Of a stretch of DNA of 33,516 bases, positions 1-11,050 are shown piece by piece. The stretch lies in the NCBI GenBank assembly GCA_035700905.1, contig DASSOD010000055.1:1-33516 (forward strand), given 5' to 3'. The DNA comes from Gemmatimonadales bacterium. Lineage in GTDB: Bacteria > Gemmatimonadota > Gemmatimonadetes > Gemmatimonadales > GWC2-71-9. Under the pieces are notes generated by a model. It saw nothing but the letters and a program-made list of their open reading frames with translations, ran no database searches and was not told the origin of the DNA. Both the position numbers and the translations under genes were made by a program. Positions within the stretch are counted from its first letter, which is position 1. Every line of letters starts with the position of its first letter.

Positions 1-1
1 C

Positions 2-241
2 GAGACCGGCCGCCTCGGCTGTCCCGAGTGCTACCGGAGCTTCGAGGCGCCGCTGCGCGATCTCCTGCGGCGACTGCATGGCTCGACCGTGCACGTGGGG
101 GAGCGGTATGCCGAGCGGGGCGGGGAGGACGATCCTCGCCGCCGGGAGGCCGAGCTCCGGGAGCAGCTGCGGCTGGCGGTCGAGACCGAGAACTTCGAGC
201 TCGCGGCCGAGCTGCGCGACCGCCTGCGGGTGCTGGAATGA
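2..241 (+). CDS. mcsA: 3' end of a McsA-like protein (zinc-finger plus UVR motif, activator of protein arginine kinase); 5' end lies outside the window
   Basis: The frame from nt 2 reads ETGRLGCPECYRSFEAPLRDLL...LREQLRLAVETENFELAAELRDRLRVLE*. This gives a CxxC zinc-finger remnant followed by a UvrB/C-type UVR motif. The stop TGA at 239-241 overlaps the ATG of mcsB (ATGA). It sits in the position upstream of mcsB-clpC expected for mcsA. Confidence 0.72.
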   Translation, partial: ETGRLGCPECYRSFEAPLRDLLRRLHGSTVHVGERYAERGGEDDPRRREAELREQLRLAVETENFELAAELRDRLRVLE

Positions 242-1320
242 TCGACCTGAGCCTGCTCGCCGACGGCGGGGTCGCGTGGCTCGACGCGAGCGGCCCGCAC
301 AGCCACCTGGTGCTCTCGACCCGGATGCGGCTGGTCCGCAACCTGGCCGGCCACGTCTTCCAGAGCCGCAACAGCGAGGCGGAGCGCGAGGGGATCCTCG
401 AGAGCGTCTCGCGCGCGGCGCGCGACACGGTGCTGCTCCGGCGGGCGGTGACCTTTCGGCTGGACCAGCTCGACCGGACCGACCGCCTGCTGCTGCACGA
501 GCGGCACCTCGTGAGCAAGGAACTTGCGGGGCTCGACCCCGAGGGGCGGGTCCGGAGCGGGGCCTCGGTGCTGGTCCAGGAGCGGGTGGGGTTGATGCTG
601 AACGAGGAGGATCACCTCCGGCTGCAGGCGCTCCACTCGGGCTTCGCGCCGGACGCCGCGTACGCCGAGATCGATCGGCTGGACGCGGAGTTGGGACAAC
701 GACTTCCGTTCGCATTTCACCCTGAGTTTGGTTACCTTACGTCCTGCCCAACCAACGTCGGGACGGGGCTCCGGGCCTCGGTGCTCATCCACTTGCCGGG
801 CCTCGTGTTGACCAAGGAGATCTCCAAGGTTCTCCAAGGTCTGGCACAGGTGGGCCTGACGTTCCGCGGGTTGTATGGCGAGGGGAGCGAGGTCGTCGGG
901 AATTTCTTCCAGCTCTCGAACCAGACGACCCTCGGGAAGTCCGAGCACGAGCTGCTGGACCACCTGGGCAAGATGGTGCGCCAGGTCATCGATTACGAGG
1001 AGCAGGCCCGGCAGGTGCTCCTGCGAGACGCGCCGACCATCATCGAGGACAAGGTCTGGCGCGCGTACGGGCTGCTCCGCTACGCCCGATCGCTCTCCTT
1101 CGACGAGGCGATGAACCTGCTCAGCGGCGTTCGGCTGGGCGTGGGCATGGGGTTGATCCCGGGCGTGAGCATGTACACGCTCAACAAGCTGCTGGTGTAC
1201 ACCCAGCCGGCGCACCTGGCCGTCGCCAGCGGCCTCGCGCCGAGCGATCCCGAGCTGGCCACCCGCCGCGCGCAGCACATGCGGCGCGTGTTGGACGAGG
1301 AGCTCGGCCGCCGCGGCTAG
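238..1320 (+). CDS. mcsB: Protein arginine kinase McsB (ATP:guanido phosphotransferase family)
   Basis: Carries the guanidino-kinase active-site signature CPTNVGTGLRASV. It also has EEDHLRLQ and the YGLL/LLS C-terminal region typical of McsB. I chose the start at internal Met 71 of ORF 28..1320 (MIDLSLL...), which overlaps the mcsA stop; the upstream part of that ORF is Arg/Ala-rich out-of-frame mcsA sequence. Confidence 0.9.
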   Translation: MIDLSLLADGGVAWLDASGPHSHLVLSTRMRLVRNLAGHVFQSRNSEAEREGILESVSRAARDTVLLRRAVTFRLDQLDRTDRLLLHERHLVSKELAGLDPEGRVRSGASVLVQERVGLMLNEEDHLRLQALHSGFAPDAAYAEIDRLDAELGQRLPFAFHPEFGYLTSCPTNVGTGLRASVLIHLPGLVLTKEISKVLQGLAQVGLTFRGLYGEGSEVVGNFFQLSNQTTLGKSEHELLDHLGKMVRQVIDYEEQARQVLLRDAPTIIEDKVWRAYGLLRYARSLSFDEAMNLLSGVRLGVGMGLIPGVSMYTLNKLLVYTQPAHLAVASGLAPSDPELATRRAQHMRRVLDEELGRRG

Positions 1321-1376
1321 CCACCGCGCGAGCCGGTGCAGACGATTGGCTGTAGGTGCAACGCAGGATTGCGCGA

Positions 1377-3851
<2,475 letters not shown>

Positions 3852-3858
3852 CGGCTGC

Positions 3859-3895
3859 GGCGCCGTCCGCTCCGGCGGGCGGCGCCACCCTTTTT
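3859..3895 (+). terminator. Rho-independent terminator after clpC
   Basis: A 12-bp GC stem, GGCGCCGTCCGC (3859-3870) pairing with GCGGGCGGCGCC (3875-3886), closes a TCCG loop. It is followed by ACCC and TTTTT (3891-3895). Confidence 0.6.
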
Positions 3896-3906
3896 CCCGG
3901 GCATAG

Positions 3907-6264
3907 ATGCGGCTTCGTTCCCTCGCACTCGCCGTGCTGCCGGTGCTCCTCGGCAGGACGGCCGCCCTCCAGGCACAGAACCCTCCTCCGGCGCCGCCTC
4001 CCGTCGACAGCATCATCGTCGAAGGCAACGTGCGCCTGTCGGCGTCCCAGGTCCTGAGCACCGCGGGGCTGGCGCCGCACCAGACGGTCAACTACCGCGA
4101 CATCCAGCGGGCGGTCACCGCGCTCTTCCGCACCGGCCAGTTCGACGACGTGACGGTGGAGCAGCGCAACCGCGGGGGCAAGCTGTACCTCGCCATCCGG
4201 GTGAAGGAGCGGCCGCTGCTCGACGGCTGGACCCTCCGCGGCACCGAGCGCCTGCCCGAGGGCGCGGTCCGCGACCGGGTGAAGCTGGCGAGCGGGGGTC
4301 CCCTCGACCGCGCGGCGGTCGAGCGCTCGCGCGCCTCCATCGACTCGCTCTACAAGAAGCAGGGCTATTATGCGGCCGACGTGAAGGTGGAGCAGATCCC
4401 GGTGGACTCGGGCCACGTGCGGGTGGTGTTCGACGTCGCGGAAGGGCGCCGCGTGTCCATCAGCCAAGTCGAGGTGGCGGGCAACACGGCGTTCAAGGAC
4501 AAGCAGATCGTCGGCCACATGGACACGCGCCCGGAGGGCTTCTGGTGGTTCCAGAAGGGCGAGTACGACGAGCGGCGGGTCGAGGAGGACATGCGGGACC
4601 GGCTGCCGGCCTGGTACGCCGAGCACGGGTACATCGATTTCCAGGTGACCGGCGACTCGCTGATCCCCGACACGACGACCGGCAAGGCCGTGCTGCACCT
4701 CGCGGTGGAGGAGGGGAGGCAGTACGTGGTGGGCAACTTCGACGTGCAGGGCAACCGCCGCTTTTCCACCGACGAGCTCAAGGCGTACTACCCCTTCGAG
4801 CCGGGGGAGCCGTTCAACCGGACGCAATGGAACGCCGCCACGGAACAGCTCTCCAACCTGTACGCCAACAACGGCTACATCTACTCGCACATCGAGCCGG
4901 TCGAGACCAGGCGCACGGGGCCGGACGGAAAGCCCGTGCTCGACCTGGCCTGGACCATTCGCGAGGGCCAGCCCGCGACGATCAACAAGATCGAGATCGT
5001 GGGCAACGACGTAACCCACGAGCGGGTGATCCGGGAGGCGATCGTGCTCCTTCCGGGCGACCTGTTCAACCGCGAGCTGCTGATCCGCTCGTACCAGAAC
5101 ATCAGCAACCTCGGCTTCTTCCAGCAGCCGCTGCCCGCGCCGGACGTTCGGCCGGCCGGGAACGGCGTGGACGTGGACGTCGTGTTCCGGGTGGAGGAGA
5201 AACGGACCGGGAACATCAACTTCGGCGCTTCCTTGGGGCAGGGCACCGGCGTGGGCGGCTTTCTCGGGCTCGAGGAGCCGAACTTGTTCGGCCGGGGCAA
5301 GCGGGGGCGGCTGCAGTGGCAGTTCGGCGCCAACATCAACGACTTCAACCTGAGTTACTCCGACCCCGCGATACGCGAGAGCCGGGTCTCGGGAACCATC
5401 ACGCTGTTCGACTCGCGCCAGCGCTTCATCGTGGGCGACCTGGGGCGGCGGCGCCAGACCGGCGGCACGGTGCAGGTCGGCTTCCCGTTCTTCGGGTCGC
5501 GCTACACCCGCATCTTCGCGTCGTACGGCCTGCAGCGTATTCGATTCACCGAGGGGTCGGAGGACCTGCGTGCGCGCTTCGCGTGCAACAACTGCACGCG
5601 GTCCACGCTGGGCGCGAGCCTGCTGCGCGACACCCGCATCGGCCTTCCGTTCCCGACCGCCGGCACCTACTTCAACATCTCCGGCGAGCTGAACGGCGGC
5701 TTCCTCGGCGGCACGGGCAACTACCGGAAGACGGACCTCGAGGGCCGGTTCTACGCCCCCCTGGGCACGCTGGGCGGCGGCGGCCAACTGGGGCAGGGGG
5801 TCAACTTCGTGCTCGGCCTCACGGCCAAGTCGGGGTTCATCTTCGGCGACGCCGGCCCGTTCTTCACGGAGCTATATTCCATGGGTGGCGTCCAGTTCGG
5901 GGTGCCGCTCCGAGGCTACAACGAGTTCTCCATCACGCCCGACGGGTACGACCCGCGGGCGAGCGGCGGAACCGCAAGCGCGAATGCCTTCGGGCAGTCG
6001 TATGCGGCGTTCACGGTGGAGGCCGGAGCCCGGATCAGCGGCGCGTTGTACCTGAACGCGTTCCTGGACGCGGGTAACGTCTATCGCACGGCGCGCCAAT
6101 ACGATCCGACGCGCCTGTTCCGCGGTGCGGGCTTCGGGGCGGCGGTCGTCTCCCCCCTGGGCCCGCTGGGAATCGACATCGGATACGGGTTCGACAAGAC
6201 CGACGTATTCGGAAAGCCGGCGCCGGGGTGGCAGCTCCACTTCAGGCTGGGCAACTTCTTCTGA
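3907..6264 (+). CDS. bamA: Outer membrane protein assembly factor BamA (Omp85 family)
   Basis: Signal peptide MRLRSLALAVLPVLLGRTAALQA. POTRA-like repeats are present (IIVEGNVRLSASQVL..., ISQVEVAGNTAFKDKQI, INKIEIVGNDVTHERVIRE). The C-terminal beta-barrel has alternating aromatic patterns and ends ...WQLHFRLGNFF. An skp gene follows. Confidence 0.9.
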   Translation: MRLRSLALAVLPVLLGRTAALQAQNPPPAPPPVDSIIVEGNVRLSASQVLSTAGLAPHQTVNYRDIQRAVTALFRTGQFDDVTVEQRNRGGKLYLAIRVKERPLLDGWTLRGTERLPEGAVRDRVKLASGGPLDRAAVERSRASIDSLYKKQGYYAADVKVEQIPVDSGHVRVVFDVAEGRRVSISQVEVAGNTAFKDKQIVGHMDTRPEGFWWFQKGEYDERRVEEDMRDRLPAWYAEHGYIDFQVTGDSLIPDTTTGKAVLHLAVEEGRQYVVGNFDVQGNRRFSTDELKAYYPFEPGEPFNRTQWNAATEQLSNLYANNGYIYSHIEPVETRRTGPDGKPVLDLAWTIREGQPATINKIEIVGNDVTHERVIREAIVLLPGDLFNRELLIRSYQNISNLGFFQQPLPAPDVRPAGNGVDVDVVFRVEEKRTGNINFGASLGQGTGVGGFLGLEEPNLFGRGKRGRLQWQFGANINDFNLSYSDPAIRESRVSGTITLFDSRQRFIVGDLGRRRQTGGTVQVGFPFFGSRYTRIFASYGLQRIRFTEGSEDLRARFACNNCTRSTLGASLLRDTRIGLPFPTAGTYFNISGELNGGFLGGTGNYRKTDLEGRFYAPLGTLGGGGQLGQGVNFVLGLTAKSGFIFGDAGPFFTELYSMGGVQFGVPLRGYNEFSITPDGYDPRASGGTASANAFGQSYAAFTVEAGARISGALYLNAFLDAGNVYRTARQYDPTRLFRGAGFGAAVVSPLGPLGIDIGYGFDKTDVFGKPAPGWQLHFRLGNFF

Positions 6265-6296
6265 GCGTAGTGCACCCTCACCTCCGGGAGTCGAGA

Positions 6297-6890
6297 ATGA
6301 AGCTAGCCGTCCTTGGGACCTGGGCCCTTGCCGCCGTCCTCGCCGTCGGCCACGCCGACGCCGCGGCCGCGCAGCAGCGTCCGGCTGCCAAGCCCGCACA
6401 GCCGAAGCCCGCGGCGGGGGATGCCGGCGGGGCCGCAGGAACGAAGATCGGATTCGTGAACATCCAGGCGATCCTCAAGCAGACGCCGGGCTACGCCAAG
6501 GCGGAGTCCACGTTCGCCAAGGAGCTGGACGGCTATCGGACCGAGGTCCAGAAGCTTCAGGCCACGCTGGACTCGGCCGCGCAGGATTTCGAGGCGCAGT
6601 CGGCGGTGCTCAACCCGAGCCAGCGCGCGAGCAAGCGGAAGGACCTGGAGGCGCAGCAGGAGAAGCTGCAGCAGCGGACCCAGGAGCTGCAGCAGAAGGC
6701 GGCGAGCCGCGAGCGGGAGCTGCTCGATCCCATCCAGGCGCGGGTGAACAGCGTCATCGAGGGCATCCGCGCGGCGGGCAACTATGCGATCATCTTCGAC
6801 GTGAGCGCGCCCGGGAACGGCATCGTCACCGGCGACAAGTCGCTCGACCTCACGCAGCGTGTCCTGGATCAGCTGCAGGCCTCGAAATAG
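6297..6890 (+). CDS. skp: Periplasmic chaperone Skp/OmpH family
   Basis: Signal peptide MKLAVLGTWALAAVLAVGHADA. A long Gln/Glu/Lys-rich coiled-coil body (KELDGYRTEVQKLQATLD...QQEKLQQRTQELQQKAA) is flanked by IGFVN...AIIFD strands. GGGAG lies 8 nt upstream of the ATG, and the gene sits in the canonical position after bamA. Confidence 0.82.
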   Translation: MKLAVLGTWALAAVLAVGHADAAAAQQRPAAKPAQPKPAAGDAGGAAGTKIGFVNIQAILKQTPGYAKAESTFAKELDGYRTEVQKLQATLDSAAQDFEAQSAVLNPSQRASKRKDLEAQQEKLQQRTQELQQKAASRERELLDPIQARVNSVIEGIRAAGNYAIIFDVSAPGNGIVTGDKSLDLTQRVLDQLQASK

Positions 6891-6918
6891 CACGTGCGGA
6901 CGAAGCGAGGGCTCCGCG

Positions 6919-6952
6919 GGGCGGTCGCCGGCGTCGTCGGCGGCCGCCCTTT
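6919..6952 (+). terminator. Possible attenuator or weak terminator hairpin between skp and fabZ
   Basis: A 12-bp stem, GGGCGGTCGCCG pairing with CGGCGGCCGCCC, has a 7-nt loop. Only TTT follows it, so the T-tract is weak. Confidence 0.3.
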
Positions 6953-6974
6953 GATCTCGGGGGAGGCCTGACGC

Positions 6975-7403
6975 ATGGAGATCGAGCGCATCCTGCAGGT
7001 CCTGCCGCACCGCTATCCGTTCCTGCTGGTCGATCGCATCGTCGAGGTCAACGCCCCCGCGCGGATCGTCGGCATCAAGAACGTGACCATCAACGAGCCG
7101 TTCTTCCAGGGCCATTTTCCCGGCCACCCGATCATGCCGGGCGTGCTCATCGTGGAGGCGATGGCGCAGGTGGGCGGGTGCCTCATGCTGGGCGCGATGG
7201 AGCATCCCGAGGCAAAGGTGGTCTACTTCATGGGGCTCGACGCCGTGCGGTTCCGCCGCCCGGTGCGTCCGGGCGACCAGCTCCGGCTCGAGGTCGAGGT
7301 GCTCCAGGTGCGGGGGCCCACCTGCCGGATGAAGGGCGTGGCGCGGGTGGAGGGGAAGGTAGCGGCGGAGGCGGAGATGCTGGCGCAGGTGGTGGACCGA
7401 TGA
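6975..7403 (+). CDS. fabZ: 3-hydroxyacyl-ACP dehydratase FabZ
   Basis: [22 protein letters not shown]...[27 protein letters not shown] is the hallmark FabZ hot-dog motif, and the 142-aa length fits. GGGGGAGG lies upstream of the start. Confidence 0.94.
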   Translation: MEIERILQVLPHRYPFLLVDRIVEVNAPARIVGIKNVTINEPFFQGHFPGHPIMPGVLIVEAMAQVGGCLMLGAMEHPEAKVVYFMGLDAVRFRRPVRPGDQLRLEVEVLQVRGPTCRMKGVARVEGKVAAEAEMLAQVVDR

Positions 7404-7460
7404 GCGGGGCGGGCCAGGCCGAAGCCGGGCCCCGCGGCCGCGCGGATCGGCGGGACGGCC

Positions 7461-8501
7461 GTGCCGCGGCGCGGTAACGCGCACCGGCTCCTCCGGTGGC
7501 TCTGGACCAGCCGCCGCCCGGATGCGCGACTCGCGCGGCTCGCGCTGATTCCCGCGTCCGAGCTGTGGCAGGGGGCGATGGCGGCGCGGGCGCGGGCGTA
7601 CGCGCGCGGCTGGCTGCAGGTGCAGGACCTCCCGCTCCCCTGCGTGAGCGTGGGGAATCTCTCACTCGGCGGCTCGGGGAAGAGCGCCGTCGCAAGCTGG
7701 GCGGCGAACCGCTATCTCGCCCAGGGCGTGCGGCCGGCCATCCTGGCCGCGCGGGCCCTACCCGACGAGCTCGAGGTGCAGCGACGCCATGCACCGGGGG
7801 CGGTGGTACTGGGCGAGAGCGACATCGCCGCCGCCGCCGACCGGGCGGTCGTGGCGGGCGCGCAGGTGCTGATCCTGGACGACGCGTACCAGCGCCTGGA
7901 CGTTCATCGCGACCTCAACATCGCGGTGGTCAGCGCGGAAACCGCGCACGCCGTGCGGTGGGCGCTGCCCGCCGGCCCCTGGCGCGAGGGGTGGGCCGCG
8001 CTGGATCGCGCGGACGCCGCCGTCGTGACCCGCAAGCGGGCGCCGCGCGAGGCGGCCGAAGCTGCGGCGCGCGCGGTGGCGCGGCGCGTCAGCGGTCCGG
8101 TGGGGGTGGCGCACCTCGGCCTCCGGCATCTCGAGGGCTTGGTGAGCGGATCGCGTCACCCCGCCGCGCTGCTCGCCGGCAAGCGCGTGGTCGCCGCCTC
8201 CCGCAGCCCCGATCCTGACGCCTTCGTGGCGCAGACCAAGGCGGCGGGTGCCGCGGTACAGGTGGCCGCGTGGCGGGACCAGCCGGATTTCCGCGACGAG
8301 GATGTGGCGTGGCTGGCGCACGCCACGCGCCGCGCGGACCACGTGGTGATCACCGAGCGCGACGCCGTGAAGCTGCGCGACCGCTGGCCCAACCGGGTGC
8401 CGGAGCCGCTGGTGGCGGTGCCGGAGCTGACCTGGGAGGATGGCGAGGAGGCGCTCGCCGACGCGCTCGATGCCGCCACGGCGCCCGTCGAGCGCCTGTA
8501 G
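7461..8501 (+). CDS. lpxK: Tetraacyldisaccharide 4'-kinase LpxK (lipid A biosynthesis)
   Basis: GTG start. The P-loop context VSVGNLSLGGSGKSAVASW matches the LpxK G-N-(L/I)-x-x-G-G-(T/S)-G-K motif. LILDDAYQ fits the LpxK Walker-B-like DDGFQ region, the length is ~346 aa, and the gene sits in a lipid A/OM cluster. Confidence 0.75.
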   Translation: MPRRGNAHRLLRWLWTSRRPDARLARLALIPASELWQGAMAARARAYARGWLQVQDLPLPCVSVGNLSLGGSGKSAVASWAANRYLAQGVRPAILAARALPDELEVQRRHAPGAVVLGESDIAAAADRAVVAGAQVLILDDAYQRLDVHRDLNIAVVSAETAHAVRWALPAGPWREGWAALDRADAAVVTRKRAPREAAEAAARAVARRVSGPVGVAHLGLRHLEGLVSGSRHPAALLAGKRVVAASRSPDPDAFVAQTKAAGAAVQVAAWRDQPDFRDEDVAWLAHATRRADHVVITERDAVKLRDRWPNRVPEPLVAVPELTWEDGEEALADALDAATAPVERL

Positions 8502-8534
8502 ACCCGACGACCCCCGGAATCGACCGGAGACCTC

Positions 8535-9839
8535 ATGACGACCGTAAGTCCGAAGACCCCGCCGATCATCCGGCCCGACAAGGACACCTTTCTCAGCGAG
8601 GAGAACCCGTTCGAGGCGATGATGTCCCGCTTCGACTATGCGGCCGAGCGGTTGAACCTCGATCCCGGGTTGTACAAGGTGCTCCGGACGCCCGAGAAGC
8701 AGATCATCGTCGCCGTCCCGTTTCTCAGGGACAACGGAGAGGTCGAGGTATATACGGGATACCGCGTGCTGTACAACACCTCGCGGGGGCCGGCCAAGGG
8801 CGGCATCCGGTTCGACACGGCGGTGACGCTCGACGAGGTAAAGGCGCTCGCCGCCTGGATGACCTGGAAGTGCGCCGTGGTGGACATTCCGTTCGGGGGC
8901 TCCAAGGGCGGGGTCGTCTGCGACCCGAGCCAGCTCTCGGTGGTTGAGCTCGAGCGAATCACCCGCCGGTACACCGCGGCGATCATCGAGACGCTCGGCC
9001 CCGATTCCGACGTCCCCGCGCCCGACGTGAACACCAACGAGCGGGTGATGGCGTGGATCATGGACACCTACTCGATGCACCACCGCCACACGGTCACCTC
9101 GGTGGTGACCGGGAAGCCGGTGGAGATGGGCGGCTCCCTGGGGCGTCGCGACGCCACCGGCCGCGGGTGCATGATCGTCACCCGCGAGGCCCTCAAGCGC
9201 CTCGGCATGACGGTCGAGGGCACGCGAGTGGCGGTGCAGGGGTTCGGCAACGTCGGCTCGGTCGCGGCGCGCCTCATGGAGCAGGCGGGCATGCGGATCG
9301 TGGCGGTCAGCGACAAGTCGGGCGGGGTAACGGATCCGAAGGGCCTGGACATCGCCCGATTGGTGCAACACGTGAAGCAGGGGCGGCTGCTCAGTGAGTT
9401 CAAGGAGGCCGACCACATCACCAACGACCAGCTGCTCACCCTCGATTGCGACGTCCTGGTGCCCGCCGCCCTCGAAAACGTCATCAGCAGCCACAACGCG
9501 CACGAGATCAAGGCCCGCATCATCTGCGAGGGCGCCAACGGTCCGACCACGGCGGGCGCCGACCGCATTCTGGACGAAAAGGGCGTGTTCGTCATTCCCG
9601 ACATCCTGGCCAACGCGGGCGGGGTGACGGTGAGCTACTTCGAGTGGGTGCAGGACCGCGGCGGCTACTTTTGGGACGAGGATACGGTGAACCAGCGGCT
9701 CGAGCGCATCATGGTGCGCTCGTTCGAGGAGGTCGCCGGCATGGCCACGCGCCAGAGCACCAACCTGCGCATCGGCGCGTACATGCTGGCGATCCAGCGG
9801 GTGGCCGCGGTGCACCGGCTCCGGGGGATGTACGCGTAG
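8535..9839 (+). CDS. gdh: Glutamate dehydrogenase (Glu/Leu/Phe/Val dehydrogenase family)
   Basis: KGGIRFD...VKALAAWMTWKCAVVDIPFGGSKGGV contains the catalytic Lys motif. A Rossmann GFGNVG motif is present. ANAGGVTVSYFEWVQ matches the family C-terminal signature. Confidence 0.92.
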   Translation: MTTVSPKTPPIIRPDKDTFLSEENPFEAMMSRFDYAAERLNLDPGLYKVLRTPEKQIIVAVPFLRDNGEVEVYTGYRVLYNTSRGPAKGGIRFDTAVTLDEVKALAAWMTWKCAVVDIPFGGSKGGVVCDPSQLSVVELERITRRYTAAIIETLGPDSDVPAPDVNTNERVMAWIMDTYSMHHRHTVTSVVTGKPVEMGGSLGRRDATGRGCMIVTREALKRLGMTVEGTRVAVQGFGNVGSVAARLMEQAGMRIVAVSDKSGGVTDPKGLDIARLVQHVKQGRLLSEFKEADHITNDQLLTLDCDVLVPAALENVISSHNAHEIKARIICEGANGPTTAGADRILDEKGVFVIPDILANAGGVTVSYFEWVQDRGGYFWDEDTVNQRLERIMVRSFEEVAGMATRQSTNLRIGAYMLAIQRVAAVHRLRGMYA

Positions 9840-10334
9840 GTGGAGATCGTCCTGCTGGCCGTCGGCAAGCTTCGCCCCTCGCTGCGCGAGGTCTGCGACG
9901 ACTACCTGGCCCGGCTGCGGCGCTGGGCGAAGATCGCCGAGCACGAGGTGCGGGAGGCCGGTCGCGCACCGACCCCGGACGCCGGCCGGAGTGCCGAAGC
10001 GCGGGCGCTGCTGGCCCGACTCCCCGCCCAGGCCACCCTGGTGGCGCTCGCGCGCCGGGGCGCCGCCTGGACCAGCGAGGAACTCGCGCGGCAGCTCGAG
10101 CGTTGGCGGATCGAGGCGCGCCCGCTGGCGCTCCTGGTGGGCGGGTCCCACGGGCTGGGCGAGGAAGTGCTGGCGCGGGCCCGGGCCGAGTGGAGCCTGG
10201 GGCCGCTCACGCTCCCCCATGAGCTGGCGCGCGTGGTGGTGTGCGAGCAGCTCTATCGGGCGTTCAGCCTGCTCGAGGGACACCCGTACCACAAGGGCGC
10301 TCCCGGTCCGGCCGCCGGACCGAGGCGGCGATGA
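9840..10334 (+). CDS. rlmH: 23S rRNA (pseudouridine1915-N3)-methyltransferase RlmH (SPOUT family)
   Basis: GTG immediately follows the gdh TAG. IVLLAVGKLRPSLREVCDDYLARL and LLVGGSHGLGEEVLARA...LSLGPLTLPHELARVVVCEQLYRAFSLLEGHPYHK are the RlmH knot motifs. About 11 extra residues follow the usual HPYHK end, produced by the overlap with the next gene. Confidence 0.88.
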   Translation: MEIVLLAVGKLRPSLREVCDDYLARLRRWAKIAEHEVREAGRAPTPDAGRSAEARALLARLPAQATLVALARRGAAWTSEELARQLERWRIEARPLALLVGGSHGLGEEVLARARAEWSLGPLTLPHELARVVVCEQLYRAFSLLEGHPYHKGAPGPAAGPRRR

Positions 10335-11050
10335 GCGAGTGGTTCGAGGAGTGGTTCGGCGAGGAGTACCTCCACCTCTACCCCCACCGCGACGAGGCCG
10401 ACGCCGAGCGCGTCGTCGCGCTCATCCGGCGCACGCTGCCGTGGGTCCCGGGCTGGCGCACGCTCGACGTCGCGTGCGGCGCCGGCCGGCACGCCCGCGC
10501 GCTCGAGACCGCGGCGGCGCGCCCGATCGGCCTGGATCTTTCCGCCAGCCTCCTCCGTAGGGCGCGCGAGGTGACGGCGGCCCCACTGGTCAGGGCCGAC
10601 ATGCGCCAGCTTCCCATCCGCCCGCACAGCATGGATCTCACGGTCAACCTGTTCACCAGCTTCGGCTACTTCGAGCGGGAGGAGGAGCATGCGGCGGCGC
10701 TGGCCGGCATGATCGAGACCGTGCGGCCGGGCGGCTGGTTCGTGCTGGATTACCTGAACGCGGACACGGTCCGGCGATCGCTCGCGGCGGGCGACGGAGC
10801 GCCCGGCGGCCTGGTGGCGGGCGCCGAGGTGGTGCGGCACCTCTCCGCCGACGGCCGGTTCGTCTGCAAGACGATCACCGTGCCCGACGGCCGCCGCTTC
10901 TACGAACGGGTGCGGCTCTTTTCGCCCGGGGACCTGGAGGCCATGCTCTCGGCCGCGGGCCTCGCGATCCGGCATCGCTTCGGCAACTACGAGGGCCGGC
11001 GGCTGGAGCGCGGCTCTCCCCGCGTGATCCTCATGGGGCGCGCCGGGTGA
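10331..11050 (+). CDS. Class I SAM-dependent methyltransferase, substrate unknown
   Basis: ATGA overlap with the rlmH stop. Motif I is LDVACGAGRH, with post-I LDLS. The acidic loop VRADMRQLP and VRPGGWFVLD are typical of the Methyltransf_11/25 fold. Confidence 0.75.
   Translation: MSEWFEEWFGEEYLHLYPHRDEADAERVVALIRRTLPWVPGWRTLDVACGAGRHARALETAAARPIGLDLSASLLRRAREVTAAPLVRADMRQLPIRPHSMDLTVNLFTSFGYFEREEEHAAALAGMIETVRPGGWFVLDYLNADTVRRSLAAGDGAPGGLVAGAEVVRHLSADGRFVCKTITVPDGRRFYERVRLFSPGDLEAMLSAAGLAIRHRFGNYEGRRLERGSPRVILMGRAG

Noticed and set aside
28-237. N-terminal 70-aa extension of the mcsB ORF (28..1320).
   Set aside because: This stretch is the out-of-frame read of the mcsA 3' end and is Arg/Ala/Gly-rich. 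The Met at 238 forms an ATGA overlap with the mcsA stop and begins the conserved McsB sequence.
7758-10292. Very long antisense or alternate-frame ORFs. Examples are 7758..10292(-) at 844 aa, 18417..20906(-) at 829 aa, 14929..17100(-) at 723 aa, 3739..5787(-) at 682 aa, 1317..2939(-) at 540 aa, 21001..22137(-), and + strand alternate frames such as 14475..16484, 4545..6077 and 6125..7477.
   Set aside because: They are Arg/Pro/Gly/Ala/His-rich and low in complexity. They lie exactly opposite or out of frame to genes with unmistakable conserved motifs (gdh, larC, uvrC, bamA, clpC). Stop-codon depletion at ~70% GC explains them. One even runs through the tRNA gene.
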